Of a stretch of 15,212 nucleotides of DNA, positions 15,048-15,212 are shown one piece after another. A program made the translations under genes and the position numbers. This DNA comes from an uncultured Deferribacteres bacterium (GTDB lineage: Bacteria > Zhuqueibacterota > Zhuqueibacteria > Zhuqueibacterales > Geothermadaptataceae). The notes under the pieces are model-generated. The model searched no databases, was not told the DNA's origin, and saw only the letters and a program-made list of their open reading frames with translations. Position 1 is the first letter of the stretch. Each line of letters starts with the position of its first letter. The stretch is from positions 1-15,212 of the forward strand of contig CAXHAT010000187.1 of assembly GCA_964014485.1 (NCBI GenBank), in the 5' to 3' direction.

Positions 15048-15152
15048 GAGTGCAAGGCTTGCCTTGCTAAACGCTGAAGGCTTTCTCGATTAGCATCCGG
15101 TTGTACTCGTAATTCAGCGGGCTGAATAGAAAGCAAAGCAAACTTTGCACTC
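15048..15152. repeat. REP doublet (REPIN-like): two inverted, internally palindromic 20-mers
   Basis: GAGTGCAAGGCTTGCCTTGC (15048-15067) matches the reverse complement of GCAAAGCAAACTTTGCACTC (15133-15152) at 17/20. Each unit is itself a hairpin (GCAAGGC-TT-GCCTTGC; GCAAAG-CAAA-CTTTGC). Confidence 0.8.
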
Positions 15153-15187
15153 GAAGAAAATGCGGCAGATATTGAACTCAATAACCT

Positions 15188-15212
15188 AACGCAGAGACGC
15201 TGAGATCGGAGA
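15188..15212 (+). repeat. AACGCAGAGACGCTGAGA short-unit repeat, second copy of the 7809-7821 motif; truncated by the window end
   Basis: Exact 13-mer match to 7809-7821, followed by further GAGA-ending units. Confidence 0.65.

Overview
Bacterial chromosomal window of roughly 50% GC (estimated by eye). Both TonB-dependent receptors have a CarboxypepD_reg-like N-terminal domain and a signal peptide apparently cleaved before Gln, which suggests an FCB-group organism such as KSB1 or Calditrichota (inference). In order: (1) a TonB-dependent receptor on the minus strand that runs off the left edge and is missing from the ORF track; (2) a compact plus-strand surface-glycan locus encoding a Gfo/Idh/MocA oxidoreductase, an uncharacterised AKR-like 290-aa protein, a GT4, a Wzx-type flippase and a GT2, interrupted by an antisense orphan BrnA-like antitoxin; (3) two tandem 193-aa Uma2-family nucleases on the minus strand with a near-consensus sigma70 promoter; (4) an L-glyceraldehyde-3-phosphate reductase; (5) an orphan OmpR/PhoB response regulator divergent from a second 988-aa TonB-dependent receptor, with 11-bp-phased GTTAA (Pho-box-like) repeats between them. 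The most unusual features are that several intergenic gaps each hold a different palindromic/REP-like element, the Uma2 pair has a localised hypervariable segment, and the oxidoreductase is paired with an unknown AKR-like protein in the glycan locus. No integrase, transposase, RNA gene or CRISPR array is seen.
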